Shown: positions 1 through 10,300, counted from the first letter of the stretch. The stretch: 64,000 bases of DNA from an uncultured Candidatus Binatia bacterium (GCA_965213675.1 OZ243916.1:3744001-3808000), one strand, 5' to 3'. The notes: a model not told the origin generated them from the letters alone. A program made the numbers and translations.

Positions 1-420
1 GATATGGGACGGTCCTACGCCATTCCCTTCGACATCCATCCCGGCGTGCCGGAGCGTATCTTTCTGGGCGCGGCCGAGAACGGCCCCACCTCCTGGAAGG
101 GCCACCGCACGGTGCGTCCCGGCCCTTACAACACCGTCCGTTTCAGCCGCGACACCTCGGAGGAACTGGGCGGCGCCAAGGCCGCCATCCTGCGCAGCGA
201 CGACCGCGGCGCCACGTGGCGCAAGCTCGACGGCGGTCTGCCGCGGGGACACGTCCACATGACGAGTTGCGTGGCGGTGCATCCCGCCGATCCCGACACC
301 GTGATCATCGGCTACACCGACGGTTCGGTCTACGCCAGCCACGACGCCGGCGAGGCTTGGGAGCGGCTGGAACTGCCGGAGACCCGGCTTTACGGGGTGC
401 GGTTGCTGTCCGCTTCCTGA
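1..420 (+). CDS. BNR/Asp-box repeat (WD40/YVTN/sialidase-like) beta-propeller protein, 5'-truncated by window edge
   Basis: Frame open from base 1; Asp-box motifs RSDDRGATW and ASHDAGEAW. Confidence 0.75.
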   Translation, partial: DMGRSYAIPFDIHPGVPERIFLGAAENGPTSWKGHRTVRPGPYNTVRFSRDTSEELGGAKAAILRSDDRGATWRKLDGGLPRGHVHMTSCVAVHPADPDTVIIGYTDGSVYASHDAGEAWERLELPETRLYGVRLLSAS

Positions 421-515
421 GGTAACGCGCGGTGTGTCGGGCGGTGGTTCCGTCCGACACGCCGCATCCCCGCCGGAAAGCCTGCCCGGTTCCAGGCAGG
501 GCGGTCCCGTCCTGC

Positions 516-531
516 CTAGTGTGGTGTCTGG
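516..531 (+). repeat. Solo MITE terminal cap, type A (CTAGTGTGGTGTCTGG)
   Basis: Identical to the left end of the complete element at 57918. Confidence 0.7.
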
Positions 532-581
532 TCACTTCCCTCGATTCGCCCGAAAAACTCGCGCGTGCGCGCGTCCGCCCA

Positions 582-1427
582 TCAGCCCGAACAGAGCGTG
601 TGCGTCACGGTGATGCGCGCGCCGCGATGGAACTCCGTCAGAAAGTCGTCCCCATCGGCGTAGCGCCGGTTGGGAACCAACCGGGCGGGGAAGCTGAACT
701 CCAGCGGGTCCATCGCGAACGGGTAGGGATCGAGGACGGCGCGGTGTGCGCCCACGGTATCGATGTGGATGCGCGCCGCCGGGGCGCCCTTCCGCGTGGG
801 CACGTCCACGTCGTTGAGCGTGTCGCTGGGACCGAGCTTCCGTTTCTTGCTGTTCAGGGGATAGCGGTTGCACACGTACTGGGCGAGCTGGTCGAACACC
901 TCCATGTAATCGTAATTGATCCAGATCTGTTCCTCGGAGGTGTAGTCCTTGAACTCCTCGGAATCGGCCAGCTCCGCCGCCAGCCGCTTCCTCAACGCCT
1001 CCTGATGGTCGACGTAGGCGCGCACCCGCGGGTCGGCGGTGCGATCCGGCGGATGGGTGTACTTGCCGTAGCCGGCGTTCATCAGCGCCACGCCGTGCAT
1101 GGCCATGAGCATGGCCGCGTAGGGGTCCCGTTGGAGAACGTGGTCCACCGCGTTCTTGTAGAAGTCCAGTCGCAACTGGCCCAGGAACTTGAAGCTGCCG
1201 TCATGGTAGTCCATGGGAAAGTTGTCATCGTTCAACGTGGACGGCTTCATCTCCCATTCCCACCAGCCGTGGTCATGCTCCTGGGCCGCCAACACAACGG
1301 ATGCATTCGGCTCCGGGCGATCGAACTTCTCGTTGCCCCAGTGGGCCGCAAAGAAGCCCGCGACCCGGGAGTGGTCGAACTGCAACGCCAGCATCAAATG
1401 CGTATCATTGTACGGGTTGACCATCAT
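582..1427 (-). CDS. DUF3891 family protein
   Basis: N-terminal Q-x-DH...HWGN...EHDHGW pattern typical of DUF3891; GGAG SD before ATG 1427 (alternative start 1451). Confidence 0.75.
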   Translation of the reverse strand: MMVNPYNDTHLMLALQFDHSRVAGFFAAHWGNEKFDRPEPNASVVLAAQEHDHGWWEWEMKPSTLNDDNFPMDYHDGSFKFLGQLRLDFYKNAVDHVLQRDPYAAMLMAMHGVALMNAGYGKYTHPPDRTADPRVRAYVDHQEALRKRLAAELADSEEFKDYTSEEQIWINYDYMEVFDQLAQYVCNRYPLNSKKRKLGPSDTLNDVDVPTRKGAPAARIHIDTVGAHRAVLDPYPFAMDPLEFSFPARLVPNRRYADGDDFLTEFHRGARITVTHTLCSG

Positions 1428-1676
1428 GGTGAAAGTTCTCCCTGGCTTCATTCTCCAGAGCCCTTCAGGCGGCGGGGCGTGTTGGACAGTGTATCACCCC
1501 AGCCACCCACCGGGCTTTCCCGACGAGCGTGACGATGGGGCGAACCGATGCGCCGTGAACCGGCATGCCCCCGCCTCCCGCGTGCGGCGTGAAACCCGGG
1601 GCATTATAAGATCGCCCCGAAGTCCGTGTCAACGACGAATCTGTTCGGGGAAAGTGACACGGATGCGTCGTACCCG

Positions 1677-1705
1677 TTGACACGTGCTGTTTTGATGCTT
1701 ACCTT
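1677..1705 (+). promoter_or_regulatory. Putative sigma70 promoter of hsp20
   Basis: TTGACA-17 nt-TACCTT; a mirror-image TTGACA...TATAAT (19-nt spacer) lies on the minus strand at 1603-1633. Confidence 0.5.
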
Positions 1706-1773
1706 CCGTTCGCGACGACGAGAGCCATGGTATTTCGATAAGAACGTTACAACGTCACAAGGAGGTACGCATC

Positions 1774-2232
1774 ATGTTGAATTATGAAGTGACGAGGTGG
1801 AATCCTTTTCTGTTGAATGGACAGAGGGACTTCGCTGCCATGTTCGACCGGCACTTGGGACGCCGGGAGTGGAGCGGCGGCCGGATGCCTCCGATGGACG
1901 CATTCGCGCGCGACAACCACTACGTGATCCGGGTCGACATGCCCGGAGTGGATCCGAAGGACCTGGACATTCAGGTGGAAGGCAGGATCCTCTCCATCAA
2001 GGGAGAACGCAAGGGCGAGGAGAAGGGGCATTACCTGCGGGAGACGTTCCGCGGCAAGTTCCAGCGTGCCGTGAGGCTGCCCGAGGGGCTCGCCACCGAC
2101 AGGCTGGAGGCGCGCTACCGGAACGGCGTGATCGAGATTTCGGTGCCGCTGCCCACCCAGGCGGCGGGTCGCAAGGTGCCGGTCCGGATCGAGGCGGGCG
2201 AGCCCACGGGCGCCGAGTCCAAGGCCGGGTAA
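1774..2232 (+). CDS. Hsp20/alpha-crystallin small heat-shock protein
   Basis: DMPGV...LSIKGER...F-x-R-x-V-x-LP...A-x-Y-x-NGV motifs; AAGGAGG SD. Confidence 0.92.
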   Translation: MLNYEVTRWNPFLLNGQRDFAAMFDRHLGRREWSGGRMPPMDAFARDNHYVIRVDMPGVDPKDLDIQVEGRILSIKGERKGEEKGHYLRETFRGKFQRAVRLPEGLATDRLEARYRNGVIEISVPLPTQAAGRKVPVRIEAGEPTGAESKAG

Positions 2233-2265
2233 CCGAATCGCTGGCGGGTTCCAGCCCATGGACCC

Positions 2266-2298
2266 AAAGGGGCCTCTCGAATCGGGAGGCCCCTTTTT
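2266..2298 (+). terminator. Intrinsic, probably bidirectional, terminator
   Basis: AAAGGGGCCTCTCG...CGGGAGGCCCCTTTTT hairpin between convergent genes. Confidence 0.8.
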
Positions 2299-2332
2299 CG
2301 TCCTTCTATTCGTCCTTCTATTTCGTCCTTTC

Positions 2333-3796
2333 TCACACCTCGACGATGGGCTGCCCGATGATCCACAGGCTGAAGATGGTGTAGGCGACCATGAGGGCCA
2401 GCATGGGGATTTGCGCCGCCACGGCCGGTCCTCCGGCGGATGCGCGGTACGCCGCGCGGTGGGCCAGCCACACGGCGATGACGTGGCCGGCGACGATGAC
2501 GAACAGCGAGAACAGCCAGAGGAAGCGCGCGTCCACCACGGTGGGGTCCGGTGTCACGCCCGCGGTGCCGAAGAGATCCCATCCCACTCCGAACGGGTCG
2601 GAGATGTGCCCGTAGAGAAGCTGGCCCTCGACGATCAACAGCAGCAGGTAGTGCGCCAGGTGGTAGGCGATGGCGATGGGCACGAGAGTGAGGACATACT
2701 CGGAGGCCAAGTCCATGGCGTTCCGGCTCCTTCCCCGCCGCAAGCTTTCGAGACGCGCCATGAGCCCGCAGGTCCCGAGAAACAGCGCCACGAAGCAGGC
2801 CGGCGCCAGCAGGAGCCCGATGGTGAACACCAAGGTGCGCGCGCCGGTGTTTCCCAGGAACTGGGTCCAACCGATGTCGTACAAGGCATGCGACGACGCG
2901 GCGTAGAGGGCCGCCCACACGGGCGTGTGCAGAAAGCCGTCGAAGCTCACGGTGGCGAGCAGCGTCACCACCAGCACCACCATGGAAACCGGCGCCTTCC
3001 CGCTTTCCGCCAGTCCGGACCCGTAGTGCCGTAGGACCAGCGCTCCTTCGGGCGTCCGGGCGAGGGGAGCGAAACGGCCAAACAGTCCGAAGATAATGGA
3101 GAACGTCTCGCCGCACTTCAGCCACGGTCCGACACCGTAGCGCGCCATGGCGGCCCAGGTGAGCGCACTATAGGCCAGGATGAGGACGGCGAGGCGCGCG
3201 GGCGCGGTGTTGTTGGGCCAGACCAGTTCCGCCCAGGCAAAGCACAGGTAGAGGCACACCGCCGGCCACACCCCCAACCACGAAGGCAGGGGCTCCACGG
3301 CGTGTCCGCGAAGCCCCTCGGGCAGCAGCGCCGGCACCGCGGCCCAGGGGTTCAGGGCGGGCCAGACATTGCCGGCCAAGGCGCACACGAAACCCAGACC
3401 GACCCACCAGGCCACCCACACGAACGCGGGCAGCACGTTGGCCAACTGATCCTCCTGTGTGCCCAGCAGTCCGGCGGCGATCAGGAATGCAAAGACGGCG
3501 ACGGAGAGGACGGCCAGCGTCCTCCCGAGTCGATCGTTGGTGATGAGGCGCCCGAACCACGTCCGGGAGATGTCCTGGCTTCAGGGCGGTGTGGGGGCGG
3601 CTTCCTTGCGAAAGGCGATCAGCACGACAAAGGTCAAGGCCACCACCAGCCCCGCCCCGGCGAGGTAGTACCAGAGCGGCACGGGCAGGTCGTAGCGCTG
3701 GACGACGGCATGCGCCCATCCCGGTTCGGGGAGCAGGCACAGGAGGCCCAGTCCCGGGATGACGCCCCCGGTTTTCAACCGCCGCCCCTCAGCCAC
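2333..3796 (-). pseudogene. Polytopic membrane protein of the 'fenitrothion hydrolase' FedB-like family, interrupted by one in-frame TGA at 3581-3583
   Basis: The 71-aa and 370-aa ORFs share a frame and are joined by 45 sense codons; motifs RYDLPVPLWYY, LNPW, TVSFDG, SDPFGVGWDLFGT. Confidence 0.7.
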
Positions 3797-4811
3797 ACCG
3801 CATGGGGGTCCGCACCACTTGGTGGTGGATGGTGCCGCTGCTGCCGCCCCGCCGGATGCCGCCGCCGGGCAGGTGAATCCAGCCGTTCAGGTAGACCAGG
3901 CCGGTGACGCCGTGGACCGGTATGGGCATGTCCGCAAGCCGCGTCCAGGTGTCGGTCTTGGGGTCATAGACCTCGTGGTGCGGGAACACGCCGCTCGGAC
4001 CCGCCGACGGATGCTCGCCACCGAAGGTGTGGAAGCAGCCCTCCACGGCGATGCCGTTGAGTCCGCCGCGAGCTTCGGACATGGGCCGCCGGGTGGCCCA
4101 CTGGTTGGTCTTGGGGTCGTAGACCTCCAGGGCCGGGGTGATCTCGCTGCGGAAGCCTCCGCCGAAGCGTCCCCCGGCTACGTATAGTTTTCCGTCGATA
4201 TTCGCGGCGGCGATGTGGTTGCGTTGGGTGGGCAGGTCGGGCAGCGTCGTCCACTTGTCCGCCCTGGGATCGTAGACCGCGAAGTCGTGGCCCCGCGGCG
4301 GGCGTCCTCCGGCCACGTAGAACTTCCCGTCGATGACGTCGTGGGCCATGGCGCTGCGTTTGGTGGGCATGGGCGCCCGTGGCGTCCACTTCCTGGTCTT
4401 GGGGTCGTAGGCGTGCACCGCGTCGGTGTAGCGGGACCGCTCCCTGCGTCCGCCGGCGTTGGTCTGCCCGCCGATGACGTAGAGGAGGCCGTCGAAGCCG
4501 ATGGCCGACGCGTGGTTGATGGTGGTGGGATAGGCCGTGGTGAGGTCCCACTTGTCGGTGGCGACGTCGTACACCTGCACGGTGTCGACGCTGATCCGGG
4601 TGGATGGGTAGCCGCCCACCACGTAGATCTTGCCGTCGAGGTAGGCCACCGCCATTTCCGAGTTGGGCTCGATCATCTCGCCGCGTTTGCCCCACTCGCT
4701 GGCGGGTTTCGCGTCGGCCGCCAGGGCGGGGGCGCCAGCCAACGCGAACGCGCCGATGAGCACCGCCAAGGTCATGTGTTTCATGCGCAGAGATCGCTTT
4801 TTCATGGTCAT
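3789..4811 (-). CDS. Secreted Kelch-repeat (galactose oxidase-like propeller) protein
   Basis: Signal peptide; about 6 Kelch repeats (YVVGG...YD...W); AGGAGG SD before ATG 4811. Confidence 0.85.
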   Translation of the reverse strand: MTMKKRSLRMKHMTLAVLIGAFALAGAPALAADAKPASEWGKRGEMIEPNSEMAVAYLDGKIYVVGGYPSTRISVDTVQVYDVATDKWDLTTAYPTTINHASAIGFDGLLYVIGGQTNAGGRRERSRYTDAVHAYDPKTRKWTPRAPMPTKRSAMAHDVIDGKFYVAGGRPPRGHDFAVYDPRADKWTTLPDLPTQRNHIAAANIDGKLYVAGGRFGGGFRSEITPALEVYDPKTNQWATRRPMSEARGGLNGIAVEGCFHTFGGEHPSAGPSGVFPHHEVYDPKTDTWTRLADMPIPVHGVTGLVYLNGWIHLPGGGIRRGGSSGTIHHQVVRTPMRCG

Positions 4812-4902
4812 CGTCGAGCCTCCTGAGTTCCCACTACTCTCATTGACAAACAAAATCAAAACCAATAAGGCCAAACCAAGAGCCGAACCTGGAGGTGGAA
4901 CC

Positions 4903-5949
4903 ATGGCTAGCGCGACTTGTGTCGATACGGACGGACACGTTCTCGAACGGGCGGCGGACATCCGCAAGTACCTGGAAGCGCCCTGGAACGAACGCGGGAC
5001 GCCGCTGTGGCCGGGAGACCAGCCCTGGGATCCCAACCTGTTCCAGGGGTTCAAGATGTCCGTGAACTGGGAAGGACTGGCGCCCGAGGAACAGGTGCGG
5101 CGCTGGCACACGCTCATGGACAAGCAGGACATGGAGGTGGCCATCTGCTTCCCCACGGGTTCGGGCAACATCGCCAAGAACCAGGAGGTGCCGTACCAGG
5201 TGGCCGTGACCAAGGCCGCCAACACCCACTTCGCCAAGGAATACAACGCGCTGTCGAACCGCCTGAGCTGCGTGGGCGTGCTGCCCATGAAGGCGCCTGA
5301 GGAAGCGGCCAGGGAGCTGCGCCGGGCGGTCAACGAGCTCGGCCTCAAGGGGTTCGAGATCCTGCCCACCGGGCTCCCCATCGCCCTGGGCGAGACGTAT
5401 TATGACCCCATCTACCGCGCCGCCGAGGAAGAGGGCGTGGTGCTCGGCATCCACGGCACCCGCAACACCTCGCGCGAGCTGGGCGCCTCCATCCTCACCA
5501 CCTTTGCCGAGGTCCACTCCTACGCCTTCACCGCCGGCATCCTGCTGCAATTCACCAGCATGGTGTGCCAAGGCATCACCCAACGGTTCCCCAAGCTCAA
5601 GCTCGCGTTCCTGGAGATCGGCGCCACCTGGCTGCCATACTACCTCGACCGCCTCGACGAGCACTGGGAGAAGCGCGGCGCCCACGAGATGCCGCTGCTG
5701 AAGCAGAAGCCCAGCGACGTGGTGCGCGAGTCCAACATGTACTTCAGCCTGGAGTCCGGCGAGTCCCAACTGGCCGCCACCGTCGACTACGTCGGCAGCG
5801 ACCACTTCGTCTATGCCTCCGACATCCCGCACTGGGACAACGAGTTCCCCGGCAACCTCCACCAACTCCGGAACCACCCGGACCTGTCGGACGAAGTCAA
5901 GGAGAAAATCCTCAGGAAGAACGCCCAGCGGCTGTTCGATCTCCACTAG
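4903..5949 (+). CDS. Amidohydrolase family protein (amidohydrolase_2 type)
   Basis: DTDGHVLE, FLE-x-GA-x-W and YASDIPHWD motifs; GGAGG SD. Confidence 0.88.
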   Translation: MASATCVDTDGHVLERAADIRKYLEAPWNERGTPLWPGDQPWDPNLFQGFKMSVNWEGLAPEEQVRRWHTLMDKQDMEVAICFPTGSGNIAKNQEVPYQVAVTKAANTHFAKEYNALSNRLSCVGVLPMKAPEEAARELRRAVNELGLKGFEILPTGLPIALGETYYDPIYRAAEEEGVVLGIHGTRNTSRELGASILTTFAEVHSYAFTAGILLQFTSMVCQGITQRFPKLKLAFLEIGATWLPYYLDRLDEHWEKRGAHEMPLLKQKPSDVVRESNMYFSLESGESQLAATVDYVGSDHFVYASDIPHWDNEFPGNLHQLRNHPDLSDEVKEKILRKNAQRLFDLH

Positions 5950-5981
5950 CGCGGGGCCGACACCACACTAGCGCGGGGCCG
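5944..5981. repeat. Type A cap in reverse orientation (GACACCACACTAG) within a 16-bp direct duplication spanning the stop codon
   Basis: CACTAGCGCGGGGCCG at 5944 and 5966. Confidence 0.65.
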
Positions 5982-6162
5982 CGGGGCGGGTACGCGTGCC
6001 TTGCCCGATACACGGCCAAGGCTGGCCCGGGAACACCGTGGGGGAGGCGGGCTTGGTGGGGCGATTCAACTCCGTTCCATTCGCCTGACGTGGTCACTCC
6101 TTGATCGTCGTGGTAGGACGGCATGGGAGAGTGTCGTCGGGTCAAGGGTCAAGGAGCGCGTC

Positions 6163-7917
6163 ATGGATGCCGTGCAGATGGAGGTGGTCTACCGGGCCAC
6201 CGCGCAGATTGCCAAGGAGCTGGCGCTGAACATGCTCCGCACGGGCTATTCGAGCGTCATCAAGGAGAGTCAGGACTTCACCTTTGCCATCTTCGACGGC
6301 GCCGGGCGCATGGTGACCCAGGGGTTGCCGCAGCCGCTGCACATCGGCGGCATTTCGGCGCAGGTGGGGGAGGTGATCCGGGTGTTCGGGGACGACATGG
6401 CGGAGGGGGATGTCTTCATTCTCAACCATCCGTACTTCGCCTGCCAGAACCACGCCACCGACGTCACCGTGGTGTCGCCGGTTTTCGACCGGGGGCGGCG
6501 GGTGGCGTTCATCGGCAATACCGCGCACAAGCCGGACCTGGGCGGGAAGGTGCCGGGCACCAACTCGCCGGACGCCACCGATGTGATCCAGGAGGGGTTG
6601 CTGCTGCCGGCGCTACGGCTTTACCGGGAGGGGGAAGTCAACGAGGATCTCAAGACCATCGTCATGGCCAACACGCGCACGCCGGAGATCACTTGGGGGG
6701 ACATCCAGGCCCAGGCGCAGACCAATTTCTACGGATTGCGCAAGCTGGCGGAGCTGCTCGACCCGTACGGCGCGGACGAGGTGACGGCGTGCTGGAGCCA
6801 GTGGATGGACATCTGCGAGGCCGAAGTGCGCAAGGCCATCGTGAAGATTCCCGACGGGGACTACGGCCCGTGCGTGGACTACCTGGACGACGACGGCCTG
6901 GACCTGGAGCGATCCTATCGCATCGCCGCCTCGCTCCGGGTGGCTGGCGACGAGATGCACTTCACCCTGGAATCGGCGGCGCAGGCGCGCGGCCCGGTCA
7001 ATCTGCGCCCCTGTGTCATCCGGAGCTTCATCGACTGCCTGGCCGTGGCGGTGCTGTGTCCGGACCTGCCGGTGAACCAGGGCATCTCCCGGCCCATCCA
7101 TGTCGCCTTTCCGCCCGAGGGCTCGATCCTGAACCCGCGCTATCCCGCGCCGGTGAACATGTACGTGCGGCCGGCCCAGATGGTGACGTCGGTGGTGCAG
7201 ATGACATTGGCCGAGGCCATGCCCGAGGTGGTGCCGGCGCCCGACAGCGGCGCCGGCGGCTCGGTGTCCATTTCCGGGCAGGACGTCGAACGCGACCGCT
7301 GGTTCTCGCTTTACGATCTCAACTGCGGCGGTGGCGGGGCTCGCGCCGGGACCGACGGCCCGGCGGTGTTGAACTCGCTGGTCATCAACGTCATGAACAC
7401 TCCGGTGGAGCCCCTGGAAACGGAGTTTCCCATTCGGATCGAAGGCTACGGGCTGTACGAGGAATCGGGCGGCGCCGGGCGGTACCGGGGCGGCTTGGGC
7501 ATGGTGCGGGACTGGCGGATGCTGGGTGACGAGGCCTTCGTGAACCTGCGCAGCGACCGCTTCAAGCATGCCGCCCCGGGGCTTCACGGCGCGGGATCGG
7601 CGCTGCCGTCGTCGGCCTTCCTGAACCCGGGCACGGAGCGGGAGCAGGAGCTTCCGTCGAAGGTCAGCCGGCTGCGGCTGGAGAAGGGCGACGTTTTCCG
7701 CATCCGCTATGCCGGCGGCGGCGGGCGCGGCGACCCCTTCGAGCGGGAGCCTTCCAGGGTCCTCGATGATGTGCGGGACGGCTACATCAGCGCCGCGAGC
7801 GCGCGGGACGACTACGGCGTTGCGGTGAGCGGCCGGCCGCCGGAGATCGACGAGGCGGAAACCCGCCGTCTCAGACGCACGCCGCGCGCCCCGGCGGCCG
7901 AGCGGGAGCAGCGGTAA
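6163..7917 (+). CDS. Hydantoinase B / oxoprolinase family subunit
   Basis: S-x-x-IKE-x-x-DF, NHPY...HATD, DLGG-x-x-PG, NTPVE, SGGAGRYRGG and GGGG-x-GDP motifs. Confidence 0.92.
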   Translation: MDAVQMEVVYRATAQIAKELALNMLRTGYSSVIKESQDFTFAIFDGAGRMVTQGLPQPLHIGGISAQVGEVIRVFGDDMAEGDVFILNHPYFACQNHATDVTVVSPVFDRGRRVAFIGNTAHKPDLGGKVPGTNSPDATDVIQEGLLLPALRLYREGEVNEDLKTIVMANTRTPEITWGDIQAQAQTNFYGLRKLAELLDPYGADEVTACWSQWMDICEAEVRKAIVKIPDGDYGPCVDYLDDDGLDLERSYRIAASLRVAGDEMHFTLESAAQARGPVNLRPCVIRSFIDCLAVAVLCPDLPVNQGISRPIHVAFPPEGSILNPRYPAPVNMYVRPAQMVTSVVQMTLAEAMPEVVPAPDSGAGGSVSISGQDVERDRWFSLYDLNCGGGGARAGTDGPAVLNSLVINVMNTPVEPLETEFPIRIEGYGLYEESGGAGRYRGGLGMVRDWRMLGDEAFVNLRSDRFKHAAPGLHGAGSALPSSAFLNPGTEREQELPSKVSRLRLEKGDVFRIRYAGGGGRGDPFEREPSRVLDDVRDGYISAASARDDYGVAVSGRPPEIDEAETRRLRRTPRAPAAEREQR

Positions 7918-7968
7918 TGCGCGGGCGCGTCGCGGCGACCCGCGGTCCTTGCCGCCCATAGACCCCGC

Positions 7969-9162
7969 GTGGAACCGCACACCGAAACGACTCGGGGCTG
8001 GCTCCCGGATTTCCTCCTCACCTGCGGCGCCCGCTTCGGGCTCTTCTTCGCCATGTTCCTGATCGAGCCGGTGTTCCCCGTGTACCTACGGAACATGGGC
8101 ACCAGCTCGTTCATGATCGGGGTGGTCATGGCCGCGTTCCCCCTCGGCGCCACCTGGGTGCGGCCGCTGGTGGGCGCCTACATCGACCGCTTGGGCAGCA
8201 AGGTCTTTCTCGTGGGCGGGCTGACCATCTTCATCACCGCCGCCACGGGCTACATCTGGACCGGCTCGGTGCTGGTGGCGCTGCTGCTGCGCACGTACCA
8301 CGGCTTTGGGTGGTCGGGCTGCACCACGTCCATCGGCACGCTGGTGGCGGACATCGCTCCGGATCGCCTGCGCGGCACCCTCATCAGCTACTCCGGGGCG
8401 GTGAGCACCGTGGCCTATTCCATCGCCCCGGCCGTGGCTTTCTGGATGGTCGGCCGTTTGGGATTCCCGGCGGTGTTCGCCAGCGGGGCCGCGGCTGCGG
8501 GCTTCGGCCTGATTGCGGCTGTCCTGCTTCCCTCCCCGGCCCGCTCCCCGGCCCCGGCCCGGCGCCGGCGCTGGTTCGAGACCTTCATTTTGCCCCAGAC
8601 GCTCCTGCCCGCGGTGAGCATGGGCCTTTTGGGGATTTCCCGCGGCAGCATCATCGCCTTCCTGTCGCTCTACGCCCTGGAGATGAAGGGAGACCCGGGC
8701 ATCTGGTTCAGCGTTTTCGCGCTGGCGGTGGTGGTGGGCCGGCCTATCTTCGGCCCGCTCTCGGACCGCAAGGGCCGGCCGTTCGTGGTCATACCCACCT
8801 ACTTTCTGGCCTTGGTGGGCATGGTGGTGCTGGTGCTGGCGCGCACCCCCATGATGCTGCTGGTTTCCGCGGCCATTCTGGGGTTCGGCTACGGCTCCGT
8901 CCACGCCGGGCTCATGACCATGGCCGTGGACCTGGCGCCGCGTGACCGCTGGGGCCTCAGCATGGCCCAGTACCACCTGTTCTACGACCTTGCCATCGGC
9001 GGCGGCGGCGTGTTGGCCGGCGTCATGCTGAACTTTACCGGCAACAACTATCCGGCTATGTTTCTGGCCACCACGGTGGTGGGTTTCGGTGGGTTCGTGT
9101 TGTTCCTGATGAAGTATCGAACCGTGGGCCACAACGCCATCGAGCCGGAGAACCGGCGCTGA
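7969..9162 (+). CDS. MFS transporter
   Basis: About 12 hydrophobic segments; motif A (GAYIDRLGSK; GPLSDRKGR). Confidence 0.88.
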   Translation: MEPHTETTRGWLPDFLLTCGARFGLFFAMFLIEPVFPVYLRNMGTSSFMIGVVMAAFPLGATWVRPLVGAYIDRLGSKVFLVGGLTIFITAATGYIWTGSVLVALLLRTYHGFGWSGCTTSIGTLVADIAPDRLRGTLISYSGAVSTVAYSIAPAVAFWMVGRLGFPAVFASGAAAAGFGLIAAVLLPSPARSPAPARRRRWFETFILPQTLLPAVSMGLLGISRGSIIAFLSLYALEMKGDPGIWFSVFALAVVVGRPIFGPLSDRKGRPFVVIPTYFLALVGMVVLVLARTPMMLLVSAAILGFGYGSVHAGLMTMAVDLAPRDRWGLSMAQYHLFYDLAIGGGGVLAGVMLNFTGNNYPAMFLATTVVGFGGFVLFLMKYRTVGHNAIEPENRR

Positions 9163-9289
9163 AGGGTATCGGAGCCGATGCGAACGTCGGCCGGCCGGCT
9201 TTTCGGTGGGGGCGGCGCCGGCCGTGGCGCCGAACACATGGCCGGGTTGGATGCGTCAGCAAGCCCGCGCAACGGCACCAGGAGGTCCC

Positions 9290-10042
9290 ATGAGGATTAT
9301 GGCTACCGCGATTCTGGTTCTGTGGTTTTTACTAGCCCCGGCCCTCGGCAGCGATGTGGCGCCGCAGACGTTCCGCATCGGCATCGATGCCAGCTATCCA
9401 CCTTTCAGCGAGCTGGACGAGGCGGGCCGGCCCAAGGGTTTCGACGTGGATATCGCGCGCGCCCTGTGCGCCGGGATGAAGGTCTCTTGCACGTTGGTCC
9501 AGCAGGATTGGGAAGGCCTCATCCCGGCGCTGCTGGCGAAGAAGTTCGACGCCATCGTCGCCAGCATGTCGATCACCGAGAAGCGCCGGCAGTGGGTCGC
9601 GTTCACCGACAAGTACTACAGCGGCCTGGTTCGATTCGTGGCCCGCAAGCACTCGGGATTCAATCCGGCGGCGCCGGCCGGACGCACCATCGGTGCGGCG
9701 CGCGCGACGATTGCCTCGGACTGGCTGGAAGCGAATGTTTCGGGAGTGGCCGCGATCAAGCTGTTCACGGCACCGGACGGAATGTTTCAGGAACTGGTCA
9801 GCGGCGAGGTGGATGCGTTGTTGGGCGACGCGCTCGGGTTCTGGCAATGGCTCCAGACCCCGGAGGGCTCGGGGTTCACGTTCGTGGGCGACGGGCTTCA
9901 ACTGGACGAGGGCATCGGCATCGCCGTGCGCAAGGAGGACGACGCGCTGCGCCGCGATCTGAACCGGGCGCTCAAGGCCATTCTCGCCGACGGCACCTAC
10001 AAGAAGATCAATGCCCGGTACTTTCCGTTCAGCATCTACTAG
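9290..10042 (+). CDS. Polar amino-acid ABC transporter substrate-binding protein (HisJ/ArgT family), orphan
   Basis: YPPFS, GFDVDI, W-x-GLIPAL...KFDAI-x-ASMSITEKR; signal peptide; AGGAGG SD. Confidence 0.9.
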   Translation: MRIMATAILVLWFLLAPALGSDVAPQTFRIGIDASYPPFSELDEAGRPKGFDVDIARALCAGMKVSCTLVQQDWEGLIPALLAKKFDAIVASMSITEKRRQWVAFTDKYYSGLVRFVARKHSGFNPAAPAGRTIGAARATIASDWLEANVSGVAAIKLFTAPDGMFQELVSGEVDALLGDALGFWQWLQTPEGSGFTFVGDGLQLDEGIGIAVRKEDDALRRDLNRALKAILADGTYKKINARYFPFSIY

Positions 10043-10236
10043 GAACTACTAGGAACTACCAGGAACTTGCGGGTTCATCGAATCGTGGCGAGAGGCAGAG
10101 GAATGGAGGCCGGTTGCGGGCGGATTCGAGGATAATATTTGAGGATCCCACGGGTAATATCGGACGAAAATCCAACCGGAAATGGACCCATTCGTCTGCC
10201 TCGAAGTGGATGCTTGATAACCCGACAGGCTCCTGG
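10039..10236. mobile_element. MITE-like element, family C copy 1, preceded by a 10-bp tandem CTAGGAACTA repeat
   Basis: Reverse-complement homolog of 13642-13814; right end CCCGACAGGCTCCTGG; starts at the CTAG containing the upstream stop codon. Confidence 0.75.
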
Positions 10237-10300
10237 ACCGGCTTGGGGAGACGCACCGGACCATGAGACGGCGTGACCGTGCCGGGGGACGGAGACAGGG

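Noticed and set aside
1600-1773. CIRCE, ROSE or sigma32 control of hsp20
   Set aside because: No TTAGCACTC-N9-GAGTGCTAA or CCCCAT motif. The inverted CGTGTCAACG/CGTTGACACG pair is explained by back-to-back -35 boxes.
2297-2332. Short tandem TTCGTCCTTCTA repeats (also 9-bp repeats at 57096-57121)
   Set aside because: Only two or three copies in intergenic DNA; most likely slippage.
3789-5381. Long N-terminal extensions in the ORF track (Kelch 530 aa, amidohydrolase 428 aa, thiolase 488 aa, flavoprotein 673 aa)
   Set aside because: They overlap neighbouring genes or repeats. Internal starts with SD sequences fit the domain boundaries.
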